64,000 bases of DNA from Anaerohalosphaeraceae bacterium (lineage in GTDB: Bacteria > Planctomycetota > Phycisphaerae > Sedimentisphaerales > Anaerohalosphaeraceae). A model generated the notes under the pieces. It did not search any database. It was given only the letters and a program-made list of their open reading frames with translations, and was not told the origin of the DNA. Location of the stretch: NCBI GenBank assembly GCA_963675525.2, contig CAXXSL010000013.1, positions 448,001-512,000 of the forward strand, written 5' to 3'. The position numbers and the translations under genes are program-made. Position 1 is the first letter of the stretch. Each line of letters starts with the position of its first letter. This document shows, in pieces, positions 10,705-21,584 of this stretch.

Positions 10705-12397
10705 CTAACGAATTAAATTAGCCAGCTCCTGCATGATCTCATTGGCAACCTGGATTGTCCTGGCATTCACTTGAAAACCATTCTGAGCCTGAATTAAGTT
10801 GACCATCTCTGTCGCGGTGTCAGCATTGGATCCCTCGAGGGAACCTCCGCGAACCTTCCCCGCTCCGCCCACGGCTCCGGTCATCGCAATCGCTTCGCCC
10901 GAATTCGCCGAAACGCTATAGTAACCATTGCCGATATTCTCAAGGCCCGCCGAATTCTGAAACATGCCGATCTGGATCTGTGCAATCGCTCTTGTGATCC
11001 CATTTGAAAACAGTCCGTTAATGATTCCTTCACTGCTCACGGAAACAGAACTTAGTTGCCCCGCACTGTAACCATCCTGTTCGCGTGCAACAGCCGTCGA
11101 GTCTCCTTTGTACTGCGTTAAACCATCAAACTGCCCCTTGGTGCCCAAATTGATCTCAATCATCTGGTCAGTGCCCGGTGAATTAGCAAACGAAACTGCA
11201 AAACTACCCTGGGAAGGATCATCCAGTCCCAAAAGTGACCCGTCATTGGGATCGAACCGGATACCCTCAATACGACGCTGACTGATGCCATCGACATCAC
11301 CCTGCAACGAAGTCAACACCAAATCCCATGTGTTCTCGGTGTCTGTCGGCACAAACACACCGGACAGCATGTGTTTTCCGCCTAAAGAATCATAAACGGT
11401 AATGCTAACCGCGCCGGCTTCTACACCCCCCAACTTTTTCATATTCAAAATAACTTGGTGTTTCAAGCACACTGCTGCCGGCAACTGCTTGATACTCAAA
11501 ATTGATATCTGTTTCACTGATTCCTGTCTCATTATCAATGACTTGGATTTTTCCATTCACCAGTGAAGCTGTCGAATCTGTCAGAACATTGTTGTTTAAG
11601 TGGTCTATGAAATCGGCGATGGTGGTCCCGGCGGCCACAGCAAATGTCAGTCCCGCACTCAACGCAGTGCCGTCTTTATTATAACCACTGATAACAAGCT
11701 GACCGGAATCTCCGGCGCCCATCTGCCCATCACCCAAACTGCCGCCCGAAAACTGATCCAACAGATCAAACTCCGTATCAATTGACGCCAACGAATCGTC
11801 CTGAGTAAAAGCAATATTTGAGAGCAGTTGCTGCGCCTGGGGTGTTCCCTGAAATGCTTCGGCACTCAGATTTCCGGAGATCGATACCACTGATGTCGCA
11901 TTTGCCGGCATCGCCGTTCCGTAAGGAATCTGAATATTGCCTTCGCCTGGTATCTGGAATCCATCTTCCTCGCCAACCGTACCGATACGCTGGGCACGGT
12001 AACCGGTTTTCGAATCAATCAACATTAATTCCGAATCGATTGAAAACGTTCCGGCTCTTGTATAAACGTCTTTAAGACCGTCATTTAGAGTAAAATAGCC
12101 CGCTCCCTCGATGGCCATATCCAGGGCATTACCGGTACTTTGAATATTTCCCTGGCTCAGGTTGACCGAAATCTCCGCAATGCCAACGCCGCCACCAACC
12201 TGTTGCGGATTGGTCCCGCCCAAAGTGGATGTGGACTGAGTTGCGGATTTAAGGGTTTCGCCAAGTAATTCAGAAAATGTAACCGTGCTGGCTTTAAACG
12301 CGGTTGAATTGACATTGGCAAGATTATTGCCGACAACATCCAGCATTTTCTGATACGCGTTCATTCCGCTGACCGCTGTATTCAATACAGAACTCAT
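10705..12397 (-). CDS. flgE: Flagellar hook protein split by a +1 frameshift in a G6 run (11426-11431)
   Basis: ORF 11405..12397 has the FlgE N-terminus (GNNLANVNSTAFK, TNPQQVG); ORF 10705..11556 has VYDSLG...LEGSNAD..AQNGFQ; removing one G gives ...EKVGGVEAGAVSITVYD... and a 563 aa protein. Confidence 0.9.
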
Positions 12398-12421
12398 TTT
12401 ACTCTCCTAAAAATTATCAAA

Positions 12422-12826
12422 CTATTCAACGATCATAACCGCATCTGTAGAAATCGCATATTCCCCAATAACCAGCCAATACTCATTTGAGTCACTGTTA
12501 TAAGCAACTTTTTCAACATCTCCACTGACAACTTCTGTCTGACCCTCTTCATTGGCATTATAAAAGGAAACCGTCTTGCCGATCAGCGATTCAGCATAAC
12601 TGCGCTGTACGCCTGCGAGAATACTCTCAAAATTCTGATTCATCCCATCCAGCTTAGTATTTGCTGATTCAAGCTGGCTGAGTTGAGAAAGCTGGGCCAA
12701 CTGTGAGGTCATTTGATTGTTGTCCATCGGATTTAATGGATCCTGGTTCTGTAACTGCGCAATCAGTAGATTCATATAATCCAATTGCAATTGACTTGCG
12801 CCGGTTGCTGGAATATCACTGGCCAT
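12422..12826 (-). CDS. flgD: Hook capping protein
   Basis: YMNLLIAQLQNQDPLNPMDN..SQLAQ motif. Confidence 0.95.
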   Translation of the reverse strand: MASDIPATGASQLQLDYMNLLIAQLQNQDPLNPMDNNQMTSQLAQLSQLSQLESANTKLDGMNQNFESILAGVQRSYAESLIGKTVSFYNANEEGQTEVVSGDVEKVAYNSDSNEYWLVIGEYAISTDAVMIVE

Positions 12827-12880
12827 AACTGATCCTTATCAATAAATCCAAAAAACGCTATTTCAACCTGCTATAATGAT

Positions 12881-12896
12881 TGCAAATCCTGTACCA
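12881..12896 (-). promoter_or_regulatory. Sigma54 -24/-12 promoter of the flgD-flgL operon
   Basis: Minus strand TGGTAC-AGGAT-TTGCA, exact GG-N10-GC spacing, 55 nt before flgD. Confidence 0.85.
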
Positions 12897-13473
12897 ATCC
12901 ATCTGCAGACCGTCGGCAATACGAACATATCTTCTTTTTATATAATAGTTTATATTTCCAACAGACGACTTTTAAACGACCACTCATTGTGTAAAAAACT
13001 CAGTCAATTGAACAAATTTTCCTACAAACGGAACTTATTTCATACCAAGAGCACCAATGAAAAATCAACCCGGACTGCAACGGTTTAATTAAATTGGAAA
13101 ATGGACATACCGGAAAGTAACCAAACAAATTCATGCTGTGATAGCCCTGTGAAAAACTCTCAATTCTAACGGTAATGTATCGATCCTTTCCTTCGCTCAG
13201 AATGATAAATTACACAAAACTACCTTTCCACAGAGGAATCCCGATCCGATTCTTATCACCCCCCGACAAATGCTAAAAAAACTTTAGATAATTGTTTAAA
13301 TAATTCAAAAAAATTAATGTAAACCTTGACTTTGTGGCGATATGAAAGGATATATAGGACCTTTATCCTAATATTAGCAAAAGGTTTATGGTATCAGGGA
13401 GGTAGGCTTATGCTCCGAGATTCCCCTAGAAATGTAGTATAAAATCAATGGATTGATTTAGCTAAGGTATCAG

Positions 13474-14874
13474 ATGATTGTTGACAGTATTGTAGCAGTT
13501 TGTAAAGACCACAGGGTACATCGTTCACTTCAGTCCGTCTGCGCAACATTGCGCATCGCAGACGACTCAAATGAATCACTCGACATCCTTCGAACTGCAA
13601 ATCCTGACTTGATCGTTTTTGACAGTACATTCAGTCCCGAATACATTGAAAATTTTATTGCCGCATCAAATGCAAACTTGGAAAATACTCCTATCATTGT
13701 TCTTGATCCCAATGAAAGCAACGAGGCTGAAAAACTGTATCATGAATCCGGAGTACACACGTACATCAATTTGAACGAATTTCATGAGTGCCCGGAAGAT
13801 TTTATCAGGGCCGTTATATCCGAATATTACAGTAACATCAAAACAGACAGTTCTCCCGATTGTTTTCTGGATCCTGTCGCTGCGCAAGTCGGCCTTGCCG
13901 GTAAAAGTGCTGCAATGACAGATACACTTAAAATGATCGATCTTGTAGCAACCAGCAATTGCAATCCTGTTTTGATCGCCGGTAAAACCGGTACTGGAAA
14001 GGAGTTAGCAGCCAAGGCGGTACATCTCATCCGCCATCCAAACCGGAATTTTGTGGCAATCAATTGTGCCGCTCTCAATGCAACACTGCTCGAGAGTGAA
14101 CTCTTTGGCCATGTCAAAGGGGCCTTTACGGGTGCCGACAAAACAAAAACGGGACTGTTGGAACTGGCCGAAGGCGGAACGATCTTCCTGGATGAAATCA
14201 GTGAAATGGGGGTCGATCTACAGGCCAAATTGCTTCGCCTGTTACAGGAAAAAACATTCCGTCATGTCGGCGGCATAGAAGACATTGAATGTAAAGCAAC
14301 TATTATTGTCGCAAGCAATCGGGACCTGAAAAAGGAAGTCGAAAACAAAACGTTCCGGCAAGATCTCTATTATCGTTTGAACATTTGCCCCATCATTATT
14401 GCTCCTTTAAATCACCCCAGACGACGAGATGATATCGAACTCCTTTCGAACTATTTTTTACGAACATCAACCATTTTCCCCGAGAAGTCCGATAAAATAA
14501 CGGCTTTTACGAAAATGGCTCTCAAAACTCTCATAAGCCACAACTGGCCCGGGAATATCAGAGAGTTGAAAAATACCATTGATCGCGCGATTCTACTCGA
14601 AACAGCCTCCAAAATCGGATCCAGTAGTATTGTTTTGTGCCCGAATATGGACCAGGAACTCAATGACAGCGACGAGATGCCAAGATTAAATACCCTAAAA
14701 AACCTTTCACTCGCAAATGCCGAGAAGGAATTGATTGCAAAAGCACTGGAGCAAACACGATGGCAGAAAACACTCGCCGCTGAGGCACTGGGAATTACCC
14801 GGGCAACGCTTTACTCCAAGGTCAAGCAATATAACATTACGCCTATGGAACAGGATGTCTTGGTCACAACCTAA
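13474..14874 (+). CDS. Sigma54-dependent activator (REC-like, AAA+, Fis HTH), FleQ/FlrA-like
   Basis: GKTGTGKE Walker A, ESELFGH, GAFTGA, FLDEI, WPGNIREL, C-terminal HTH. Confidence 0.92.
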   Translation: MIVDSIVAVCKDHRVHRSLQSVCATLRIADDSNESLDILRTANPDLIVFDSTFSPEYIENFIAASNANLENTPIIVLDPNESNEAEKLYHESGVHTYINLNEFHECPEDFIRAVISEYYSNIKTDSSPDCFLDPVAAQVGLAGKSAAMTDTLKMIDLVATSNCNPVLIAGKTGTGKELAAKAVHLIRHPNRNFVAINCAALNATLLESELFGHVKGAFTGADKTKTGLLELAEGGTIFLDEISEMGVDLQAKLLRLLQEKTFRHVGGIEDIECKATIIVASNRDLKKEVENKTFRQDLYYRLNICPIIIAPLNHPRRRDDIELLSNYFLRTSTIFPEKSDKITAFTKMALKTLISHNWPGNIRELKNTIDRAILLETASKIGSSSIVLCPNMDQELNDSDEMPRLNTLKNLSLANAEKELIAKALEQTRWQKTLAAEALGITRATLYSKVKQYNITPMEQDVLVTT

Positions 14875-15089
14875 ATATCGCTCCAAAAGACACGCGACCT
14901 TCTTTTCAAAATATCGGAATTGACTGTTTTGAATTCGCTTTTTGCCTTCCTCAAAAATGTTCATATCGTAATCAGACTGTTTAGTTTTAAAACAATGTGT
15001 CTGCATGATTGAGCGAGATGAACGTCATAAACCCCTTTTTACAATCAACAAAACTACTTATTTAATTTTAAACGGAACATCGAAGAATC

Positions 15090-15105
15090 TGGCATATTTT
15101 TTGCA
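15090..15105 (+). promoter_or_regulatory. Sigma54 -24/-12 promoter
   Basis: TGGCAT-ATTTT-TTGCA, 85 nt upstream of the 15190 ORF. Confidence 0.85.
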
Positions 15106-15189
15106 ACACTGCAGGGTTAACGGCTTTCTGTCACTCTTGACGGTTATCTTGACACGCAAGGGCAGATAAAGAATGAAGATAAATCTAAA

Positions 15190-17490
15190 ATGACGGCAAA
15201 AACAAAAAAAAACCCGTTTCTGAAAGAAAATCAATCGATCGAGTCAATCGGAATTAAACCCTTCCGAACGGCGCGGTACACCAAATCGCAAAAGATACTT
15301 CTGGCCGGAATAGCATTGATTTCACTTGCCTTGGTTGGGTCATCCCTTATCCGCATGAAAAGCAGACAAAGCGGCTCTGTCGCCATCCAGAACCAGGAAG
15401 AAACTCAGCAACCTCTGGCAGAATACCCTGCCGTCACGTCACAACCTGTAGAACAACCCACTCCGATCCCCACAAAAGAATCTTTTAGAGCTGAAAATAA
15501 AAATTCTGCCAGCGGAGATTTATTTAAACATTATACGATCATAAATACCTTCGATAAGATGGGGTATGACAAAAGCTATCGGGCCTTGACAGCTTTATGC
15601 CACAGTTCCTCTCCTCTGATTGCCGCCAATGCCTGTTATAATTTAGCAGTCATTAATCATGCAAAGGGGTATTATCTCGAAGCTTTTAGACTTGCAGTTG
15701 CAGCACGCAATCTGGTCGATTTCGTACAATTTGATGGAATTAATGCTGACGAACTCAAAATCGACTGCAAACTTCTGGCTCTTAATTCATTAAGTCATCA
15801 TGTCTTATCATTAAATGCAGACGATAATGTTGAATACTTGAGCCTAATATCCAAAGAATCTGACTTTTTTGAGAACCTGACCGAGCAACAGGCCATCCGA
15901 GCCGCCTCTTCCGGAATCTCGGATTTGTCAACGGCGGCTCAAAATCCCATTATTAAAAAGCTCGAGGATGCTGAAACCCAAAATCGGTACGCCATTTTGT
16001 GCCATAATCTGGACTTGGAATCATTATTAATCAAATTGGCTTCAATCAGCCGCTGTGAATTGCGGTTTGAAGGTTTTAATGGAAGCGAAGAACTGAAAAA
16101 AAGACCAGTAACACTGAACTGCAGAACCGCAGAATTAAACGAACTTATCGAATCTGCTGTTCATTCAGCGGGTTTTCTCGTCGAGTTTGAACAATCAGCA
16201 AATGCACTCGTCGTCACAGTAATCAATTCCCTGTCTTACCATGAGCTTTCTGTTCATTTGGACATGCTCAACCGCCATGCAACGGATTCGTGGGTACAGT
16301 TCCTCTTGCAGTCCGATAGTACAAATCATAACGGTTTGGCGCATACGACACTGGGTCTGTTGTATAGACAAAATGAGCAATACAGCCAGGCTATTACGGA
16401 ATTCCAACTTGTCGCCAATACCTTTCCCCAAACCTCCCTGGCACCAGTGGCCCTGTTATACTCGGCTGAAACGAAGAGAACATTGGCCAATGACATCTCA
16501 GCCAAAGAAGATCTGGCACGCTTAATTGAACAGTACCCCTCAAGCGGATTAATCGCCAACGCCTATCTCAGTTTGGCCGAAATCAGTTTCGAAACGGCTG
16601 ATTATGAGCGAGCCACGACGATGTATAAAAAAATATTTCTGACTTATGAAGATCCTGACATTAAAGCCTTAGCAGCATACAGAGTTGCACAATGCTTGCA
16701 TAGTCTTTCGGATTATGATGCCGTTTTAAGATGGCTTAAATACTACTTCGATCTGGATGGTGTGAAATATAATACATACTACCAAAAAGCATTACTGGAA
16801 ATGGGGAACACAAATCTGCAGCTAAGGCAATACCCCGAAGCCAAACGGGCATTCTTGAAAGCATTGGAATTCGAGCTTCCAACAGAGGACTACCCTGTTG
16901 CCGTTTTCGGTGTAACCGAAGCACTCATGAAGGCTAACGATTTAGCGCCAGCAATGGGTATTCTTGAAAATATCAAAATGTGGCAGCTTACTCCGGCCCA
17001 GGCTATCCGTGCAATCCAGTTAAAGGCCGACATCTATTACCGCATTGGCCTTTCACAAAAAGCTATCGCCATTTTGGCTGAAAAAATCGATTATCTTTCC
17101 GATGCAAAACTGAGAACCAACGTAATCCTTCAATTATCTGACTACCTGATGGAAACAAATAAGCCGCAACGAGCACGCCAGCTTCTGGCACAATGTATCG
17201 TTCGAGTGGATGATCTGGAACAGATCCGTGAGGTCAACAGGAAACTGGCTGATGCGTCCCTGATGCTGTCCGATTATGACACGGTCATTTCCATCTGCAG
17301 TAAATTGCTGGCGGAGGAATTGCCTTCCGAACTCCGAAGACACCTGCAAAAAACGCTTGCAAAGGCCTATGAATCTAAAAATGATTATGAAAAAACAGCC
17401 CTTGTTTTGTTAGGCAAAATCCCGCCGCTGGATCAGGACAATGGTCAAACTTACAGCCTCAAAACATCGGCGTTAATCAAAACACAATAA
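15190..17490 (+). CDS. Membrane-anchored TPR protein with a possible secretin-N/STN-like domain
   Basis: N-terminal TM; many TPR repeats (YSQAITEFQLVANTFP, LIEQYPSS); STN-like segment LESLLIKLA...PVTLNCRTAELNELIE. Confidence 0.7.
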   Translation: MTAKTKKNPFLKENQSIESIGIKPFRTARYTKSQKILLAGIALISLALVGSSLIRMKSRQSGSVAIQNQEETQQPLAEYPAVTSQPVEQPTPIPTKESFRAENKNSASGDLFKHYTIINTFDKMGYDKSYRALTALCHSSSPLIAANACYNLAVINHAKGYYLEAFRLAVAARNLVDFVQFDGINADELKIDCKLLALNSLSHHVLSLNADDNVEYLSLISKESDFFENLTEQQAIRAASSGISDLSTAAQNPIIKKLEDAETQNRYAILCHNLDLESLLIKLASISRCELRFEGFNGSEELKKRPVTLNCRTAELNELIESAVHSAGFLVEFEQSANALVVTVINSLSYHELSVHLDMLNRHATDSWVQFLLQSDSTNHNGLAHTTLGLLYRQNEQYSQAITEFQLVANTFPQTSLAPVALLYSAETKRTLANDISAKEDLARLIEQYPSSGLIANAYLSLAEISFETADYERATTMYKKIFLTYEDPDIKALAAYRVAQCLHSLSDYDAVLRWLKYYFDLDGVKYNTYYQKALLEMGNTNLQLRQYPEAKRAFLKALEFELPTEDYPVAVFGVTEALMKANDLAPAMGILENIKMWQLTPAQAIRAIQLKADIYYRIGLSQKAIAILAEKIDYLSDAKLRTNVILQLSDYLMETNKPQRARQLLAQCIVRVDDLEQIREVNRKLADASLMLSDYDTVISICSKLLAEELPSELRRHLQKTLAKAYESKNDYEKTALVLLGKIPPLDQDNGQTYSLKTSALIKTQ

Positions 17491-17502
17491 TCCTTTAAAA
17501 CT

Positions 17503-18222
17503 ATGAAAATGACGTCAATAACAGTACAAAAAGAGCTCAGGCAGACAAGCTTTACCGGCTATGTCAGCATCTTGTGTATAACGCTCGGCCTCTGCCTGAG
17601 TACTGAAGTCATGGGAAGTGATCCAAATTCTGCCGCAATGGCTCCGAACAAACGTGAAACAGTAACGACAGATGAACAAATTCGTTCTTTGATCGACCAA
17701 ATCCAAATGATTGATTTCGGAGACGACCAAAATCCTGAAAAAGAAAATGATGCCCAGAATCAAAACAAAACAGTATCTGAAAATTCTATCAAACTGTTTC
17801 AGGTCGCACTGACGGGGGGCATGCCTGAGACAAACACAACGTCTAAAACCAATGTCCTCAATGATCCAAACCAATCCGTCCCGTCAGCGACAATCTCTCT
17901 GCAAGACATTCTTTACCGCCAAAAACACCTTGAAAACCCGGCTGAACTGGCAGAATTGTTCCGAAAAAACAAAAATTATAAAGCCGCGATCTACTGCTAT
18001 CAAAAAGTGCTTGAACAAGTCGATCAGCCGCGGCAAAAGTCCTGGACACTGCTGCAATTAGCAAACTGCTATAAAGTAACTGACCCGGAAAAAGCAATTC
18101 TTGTATACACACAGCTTGTTTCTGAATCTCCATTGTCACCCTGGGTCAGCTATGCCAAAGCACAGATAAAAACCCTGCAGTGGCAAATCGCAGAAAAACC
18201 CTATCAGTGGGCATCGGAGTAA
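17503..18222 (+). CDS. Exported TPR protein
   Basis: Hydrophobic N-terminus; C-terminal TPRs (YKAAIYCYQKVL, LLQLANCY, SESPLSPW). Confidence 0.7.
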   Translation: MKMTSITVQKELRQTSFTGYVSILCITLGLCLSTEVMGSDPNSAAMAPNKRETVTTDEQIRSLIDQIQMIDFGDDQNPEKENDAQNQNKTVSENSIKLFQVALTGGMPETNTTSKTNVLNDPNQSVPSATISLQDILYRQKHLENPAELAELFRKNKNYKAAIYCYQKVLEQVDQPRQKSWTLLQLANCYKVTDPEKAILVYTQLVSESPLSPWVSYAKAQIKTLQWQIAEKPYQWASE

Positions 18223-18224
18223 TA

Positions 18225-19658
18225 ATGTCTGAAAAAATCATACCACAGGCGCTATTAGTTGAGACCGAGACCTTTATGACCAAGGCCATTCTTCAGTTCA
18301 TGGCCAAATGCGGTATTTGTGCCCACACAACTCCCCGAACAGCCGTTATCAAACAACTCAAAAAAAACACCATCAGCCTTCTGTTTCTAAACATCACCCC
18401 TCAGCAGCCTGAAACATCGCTGGATCTGCTTTCAAACGTCAGAAAACAATATCCCCAACTGCCAATCATTATGACTCTTGAAGCAGACGTATGGCATTCT
18501 GCCTGTGGTCTCGTAGAAACAGTCACCAAAGCAATTCGTTCCGGCTGCACTGAATTGCTGACCTCCGAAAACATAAACCGCATAAAAACGCTGGTCGAAA
18601 CATATATGCCAAAACACTTTGTTGCCTGCTGCGCCCAAAAAGCTGACCCCAATCGGCCGGGAAGCAACTGCTACCAGATTATCGGAAAAAGTCCGGCACT
18701 CCTGCATGTTGTGGAGTTGGCCAAACGGATAGCCGTTTCTTCCGCGCCGGTTCTGATTTCAGGCGAAAGCGGAACCGGTAAAGAGCTGTTTTCTCAAATG
18801 ATTCACTATGCCAGCCCTCGTGCCGATGGCCCTTTTATTAAAGTCAATTGTGCGTCATTATCCGAGTCTCTTCTGGAAAGCGAACTTTTCGGCCACGAAA
18901 AAGGAGCCTTCACCGGAGCTTGCATCCAGCGAAAAGGACGCTTTGAGGCCGCCAACGGCGGCACCCTCCTGTTGGATGAAATCACAGAAACACCATTGTC
19001 GTTTCAGGCGAAATTACTCCGTGTACTCGAAATGCAGAGCTTCGAGCGGGTTGGCGGCAATGATACTATTGATATCGATGTTCGGGTCATCAGCACAAGC
19101 AATCAAAATCTGGCTCAGGCGGTTCGGGACGGGGCTTTTCGTCTCGATCTGTATTATCGCCTGAACGGTCTGCGACTTGTTATTCCCCCCCTCAAAGAAC
19201 GCCGGGAAGATCTGCCTGAGCTGATTTGGCACTTTGTCAATCTTTATGCACCTCAGACACAACGAATCATTAAGGCTGTCGATCCGCAAATGATGCAGTT
19301 ATTTACAAGATATTCATGGCCCGGAAACATCCGTCAGTTAAGGAATGCCGTGATGACTTCATTGGTTCTCGGAACCGGTCCCACGCTGACATTAGGCGAT
19401 ACTTCATGGATGCTTGATGAATTGAAATTATATCCGGAAATAGCGCAAGCTCCTGCCGAAACAGAATCGAGGAACAGTTTGCCATCGGGACAGTTTGCAG
19501 GTTATCAGCTGCAAGATATCGAAAAACAAGCCATTTTGGATACGCTCCGGCATACGGACGGTAATCAGGTTCAAGCCGCTAAAGTTCTGGGCATCAGCGA
19601 CAGAACCTTACGGGGTAAAATTAAACGATACCGCCAGGAAGGTGTGCTGTCACGTTAA
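18225..19658 (+). CDS. Sigma54-dependent activator, FlgR/FleR-like
   Basis: GESGTGKE, ESELFGHEKGAFTGA, LLDEI, WPGNIRQL, HTH; probable start ATG 18225. Confidence 0.92.
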   Translation: MSEKIIPQALLVETETFMTKAILQFMAKCGICAHTTPRTAVIKQLKKNTISLLFLNITPQQPETSLDLLSNVRKQYPQLPIIMTLEADVWHSACGLVETVTKAIRSGCTELLTSENINRIKTLVETYMPKHFVACCAQKADPNRPGSNCYQIIGKSPALLHVVELAKRIAVSSAPVLISGESGTGKELFSQMIHYASPRADGPFIKVNCASLSESLLESELFGHEKGAFTGACIQRKGRFEAANGGTLLLDEITETPLSFQAKLLRVLEMQSFERVGGNDTIDIDVRVISTSNQNLAQAVRDGAFRLDLYYRLNGLRLVIPPLKERREDLPELIWHFVNLYAPQTQRIIKAVDPQMMQLFTRYSWPGNIRQLRNAVMTSLVLGTGPTLTLGDTSWMLDELKLYPEIAQAPAETESRNSLPSGQFAGYQLQDIEKQAILDTLRHTDGNQVQAAKVLGISDRTLRGKIKRYRQEGVLSR

Positions 19659-19698
19659 ACTAATTATCATTAAACCTTAGTCACGAAAAAAAGAAACC

Positions 19699-20235
19699 AT
19701 GGAAAACAAAACAACAGAAAACCAGGCCGAGAAGACCGGTCGAAGCTCATTGACGGATTTCCTGATGATCGGAATCGTTGCGCTGACATGTTCCGCTGCG
19801 GGTTTCGGATTGAGTCATTTTCTGGCAAAATCATCCGGCAAACCGGCGGAGGATAATGTCGCTGACGCCCCGGTGGAAACTCCCGACAAACCAACAGAGC
19901 GAACAAACCAAAAAAACTGGTTTTATGATCTTGAGCCGGTCGTTGCGAATCTGAATGTCCCCGGTGCAACACGTTTTGTGCGGGCCACACTCACCCTTGA
20001 GATCAATTCCAAACTGGATGAGGAAAAAGGCCGTGAACTGATTAACTACAAAACCCCTATTCTGAAAAACTGGCTTACCATGTATTTGGCCAGTCTGAGC
20101 CTTGACGATGTTCGCGGGGACCGAAACCTCCGGCGTATTCAATCGCAGACGCTTCAGGCGTTTAATGAAGAACTTTTCGGGGACAGCGAACCCTTGGTCA
20201 TCAACGTTCTTTTCAAGGAATTTCCTATCCAATGA
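19699..20235 (+). CDS. fliL: Flagellar basal body-associated protein
   Basis: TM helix, then YDLEPVVANL...RFVR...VLFKEF. Confidence 0.88.
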   Translation: MENKTTENQAEKTGRSSLTDFLMIGIVALTCSAAGFGLSHFLAKSSGKPAEDNVADAPVETPDKPTERTNQKNWFYDLEPVVANLNVPGATRFVRATLTLEINSKLDEEKGRELINYKTPILKNWLTMYLASLSLDDVRGDRNLRRIQSQTLQAFNEELFGDSEPLVINVLFKEFPIQ

Positions 20236-21188
20236 CAACGCTTTCTGCTGACAGCAAGATAGAAGAAAAACTGCGAGTATTGCGAAAACAGCTTGCCGGC
20301 AAGCAAACTCTGTCTGCGCAGGAAGATGCCGTTAACCATAATTGGCTCGAGCCACCGTTTTTCAATGCAAAACAAAAAAAACAGATTAACCATTTCTGCA
20401 GTAAACTGGCAGCGCGTTTCGCCGAAGATCTCAGTCTTTTTCTGAAATCGGAAATTGAAGTCACGTTCAATGCCGCTTCGGTCCACTTTTGTCAGTACCT
20501 GGCCGACCAAATGAATAAGGCCTCAGACAACCGTATTTCGTATGGATTAGCCAATGCGGACATAACAGAGATACTCATGACCGTCACAGCAGATGACGCA
20601 GGCACCTTACTGGTTCCGATTATGGGCATACTGGAATCCAATGAGTTCTCATCGCTGGAATTATCGATTTTGCAGGATCTCTTGGAGCTTTTGTCGCATA
20701 TTATAACTCAGGCTTTACCAACGTTGACAGTCAGTCAGCCGGGCTGTCTTGTAAATGGAAAAATGACCCTTGAGATGCCTTCATGGCAGGAAGTGCTTAA
20801 GGCTGAATTCAGTGTAAGCGAACCCGGTTCAGAAACATCGGTTAAACTCGACCTGATCATTCGCTGCGATAATCTGATGCAATTGACAGAAAAAGAGGCG
20901 AGTCGTAAAACCGTTTCGCCCGATGACATTCAAAAAATATTACTGGTCCACCTGGGCGAACAAACCGCAGAACTAACCTGTGAATTGGCAAAACAAAGCA
21001 TAACCATCAAGGAACTCATGGGCCTCGATGCGAATGATATTCTGGTTCTTGACAAGAGCGTCTGCGAACCTGTTGTCATAAAACTTAATAATACCCCTGT
21101 TTTTGAAGCACAGCCCGCAACCTGTGAGAAACACTATGCGGCCTGCATTTTAAAAACACTGAAAAAATCAAAAACTGATACTGAATAA
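20232..21188 (+). CDS. fliM: Divergent motor switch protein FliM
   Basis: FSSLELSIL segment and C-terminal SpoA domain; between fliL and fliN. Confidence 0.7.
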   Translation: MTTLSADSKIEEKLRVLRKQLAGKQTLSAQEDAVNHNWLEPPFFNAKQKKQINHFCSKLAARFAEDLSLFLKSEIEVTFNAASVHFCQYLADQMNKASDNRISYGLANADITEILMTVTADDAGTLLVPIMGILESNEFSSLELSILQDLLELLSHIITQALPTLTVSQPGCLVNGKMTLEMPSWQEVLKAEFSVSEPGSETSVKLDLIIRCDNLMQLTEKEASRKTVSPDDIQKILLVHLGEQTAELTCELAKQSITIKELMGLDANDILVLDKSVCEPVVIKLNNTPVFEAQPATCEKHYAACILKTLKKSKTDTE

Positions 21189-21204
21189 TAAGCGAGGTAT
21201 AGTA

Positions 21205-21555
21205 ATGTCTGAAAACATCGTAGCGACAACCGAAGAAAAAGAGGTAGTGCCCCAGGACACAGATGCCACCGTTCAGAAAGCTGAATTTGAAGAAGCGCCT
21301 CGGGATTCACAATCCCAATCTGAAGTTGGAGTCAGCCTCCTGCTTGACATGACGGTAGACATCACGGTAACAATCGGCCAGTCAACGCTGTCGTTCAAAG
21401 AGCTGATGCAATTGGGACCGGGCGCGGTCATTAAACTTGACAAATTGATCGAGGAACCCGCTGACATTTACGTAAAGGGTTCGAAGTTCGCATCCGGAGA
21501 TGTTGTGGTCATTGACAACAAATTCGGCATCCGAATCAAGGATATTATTTGCTGA
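21205..21555 (+). CDS. fliN: Motor switch protein
   Basis: LLLDMTVDITVTIG..LGPGAVIKLDK..GDVVVIDNKFGIRI. Confidence 0.92.
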   Translation: MSENIVATTEEKEVVPQDTDATVQKAEFEEAPRDSQSQSEVGVSLLLDMTVDITVTIGQSTLSFKELMQLGPGAVIKLDKLIEEPADIYVKGSKFASGDVVVIDNKFGIRIKDIIC

Positions 21556-21584
21556 CCGAAAAATCATAAAAACCGGAGACAGCA

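Noticed and set aside
12900..13470. c-di-GMP riboswitch in the divergent flagellar intergenic region
   Set aside because: No recognisable GEMM motif by eye; AT-rich enhancer or promoter DNA is sufficient explanation
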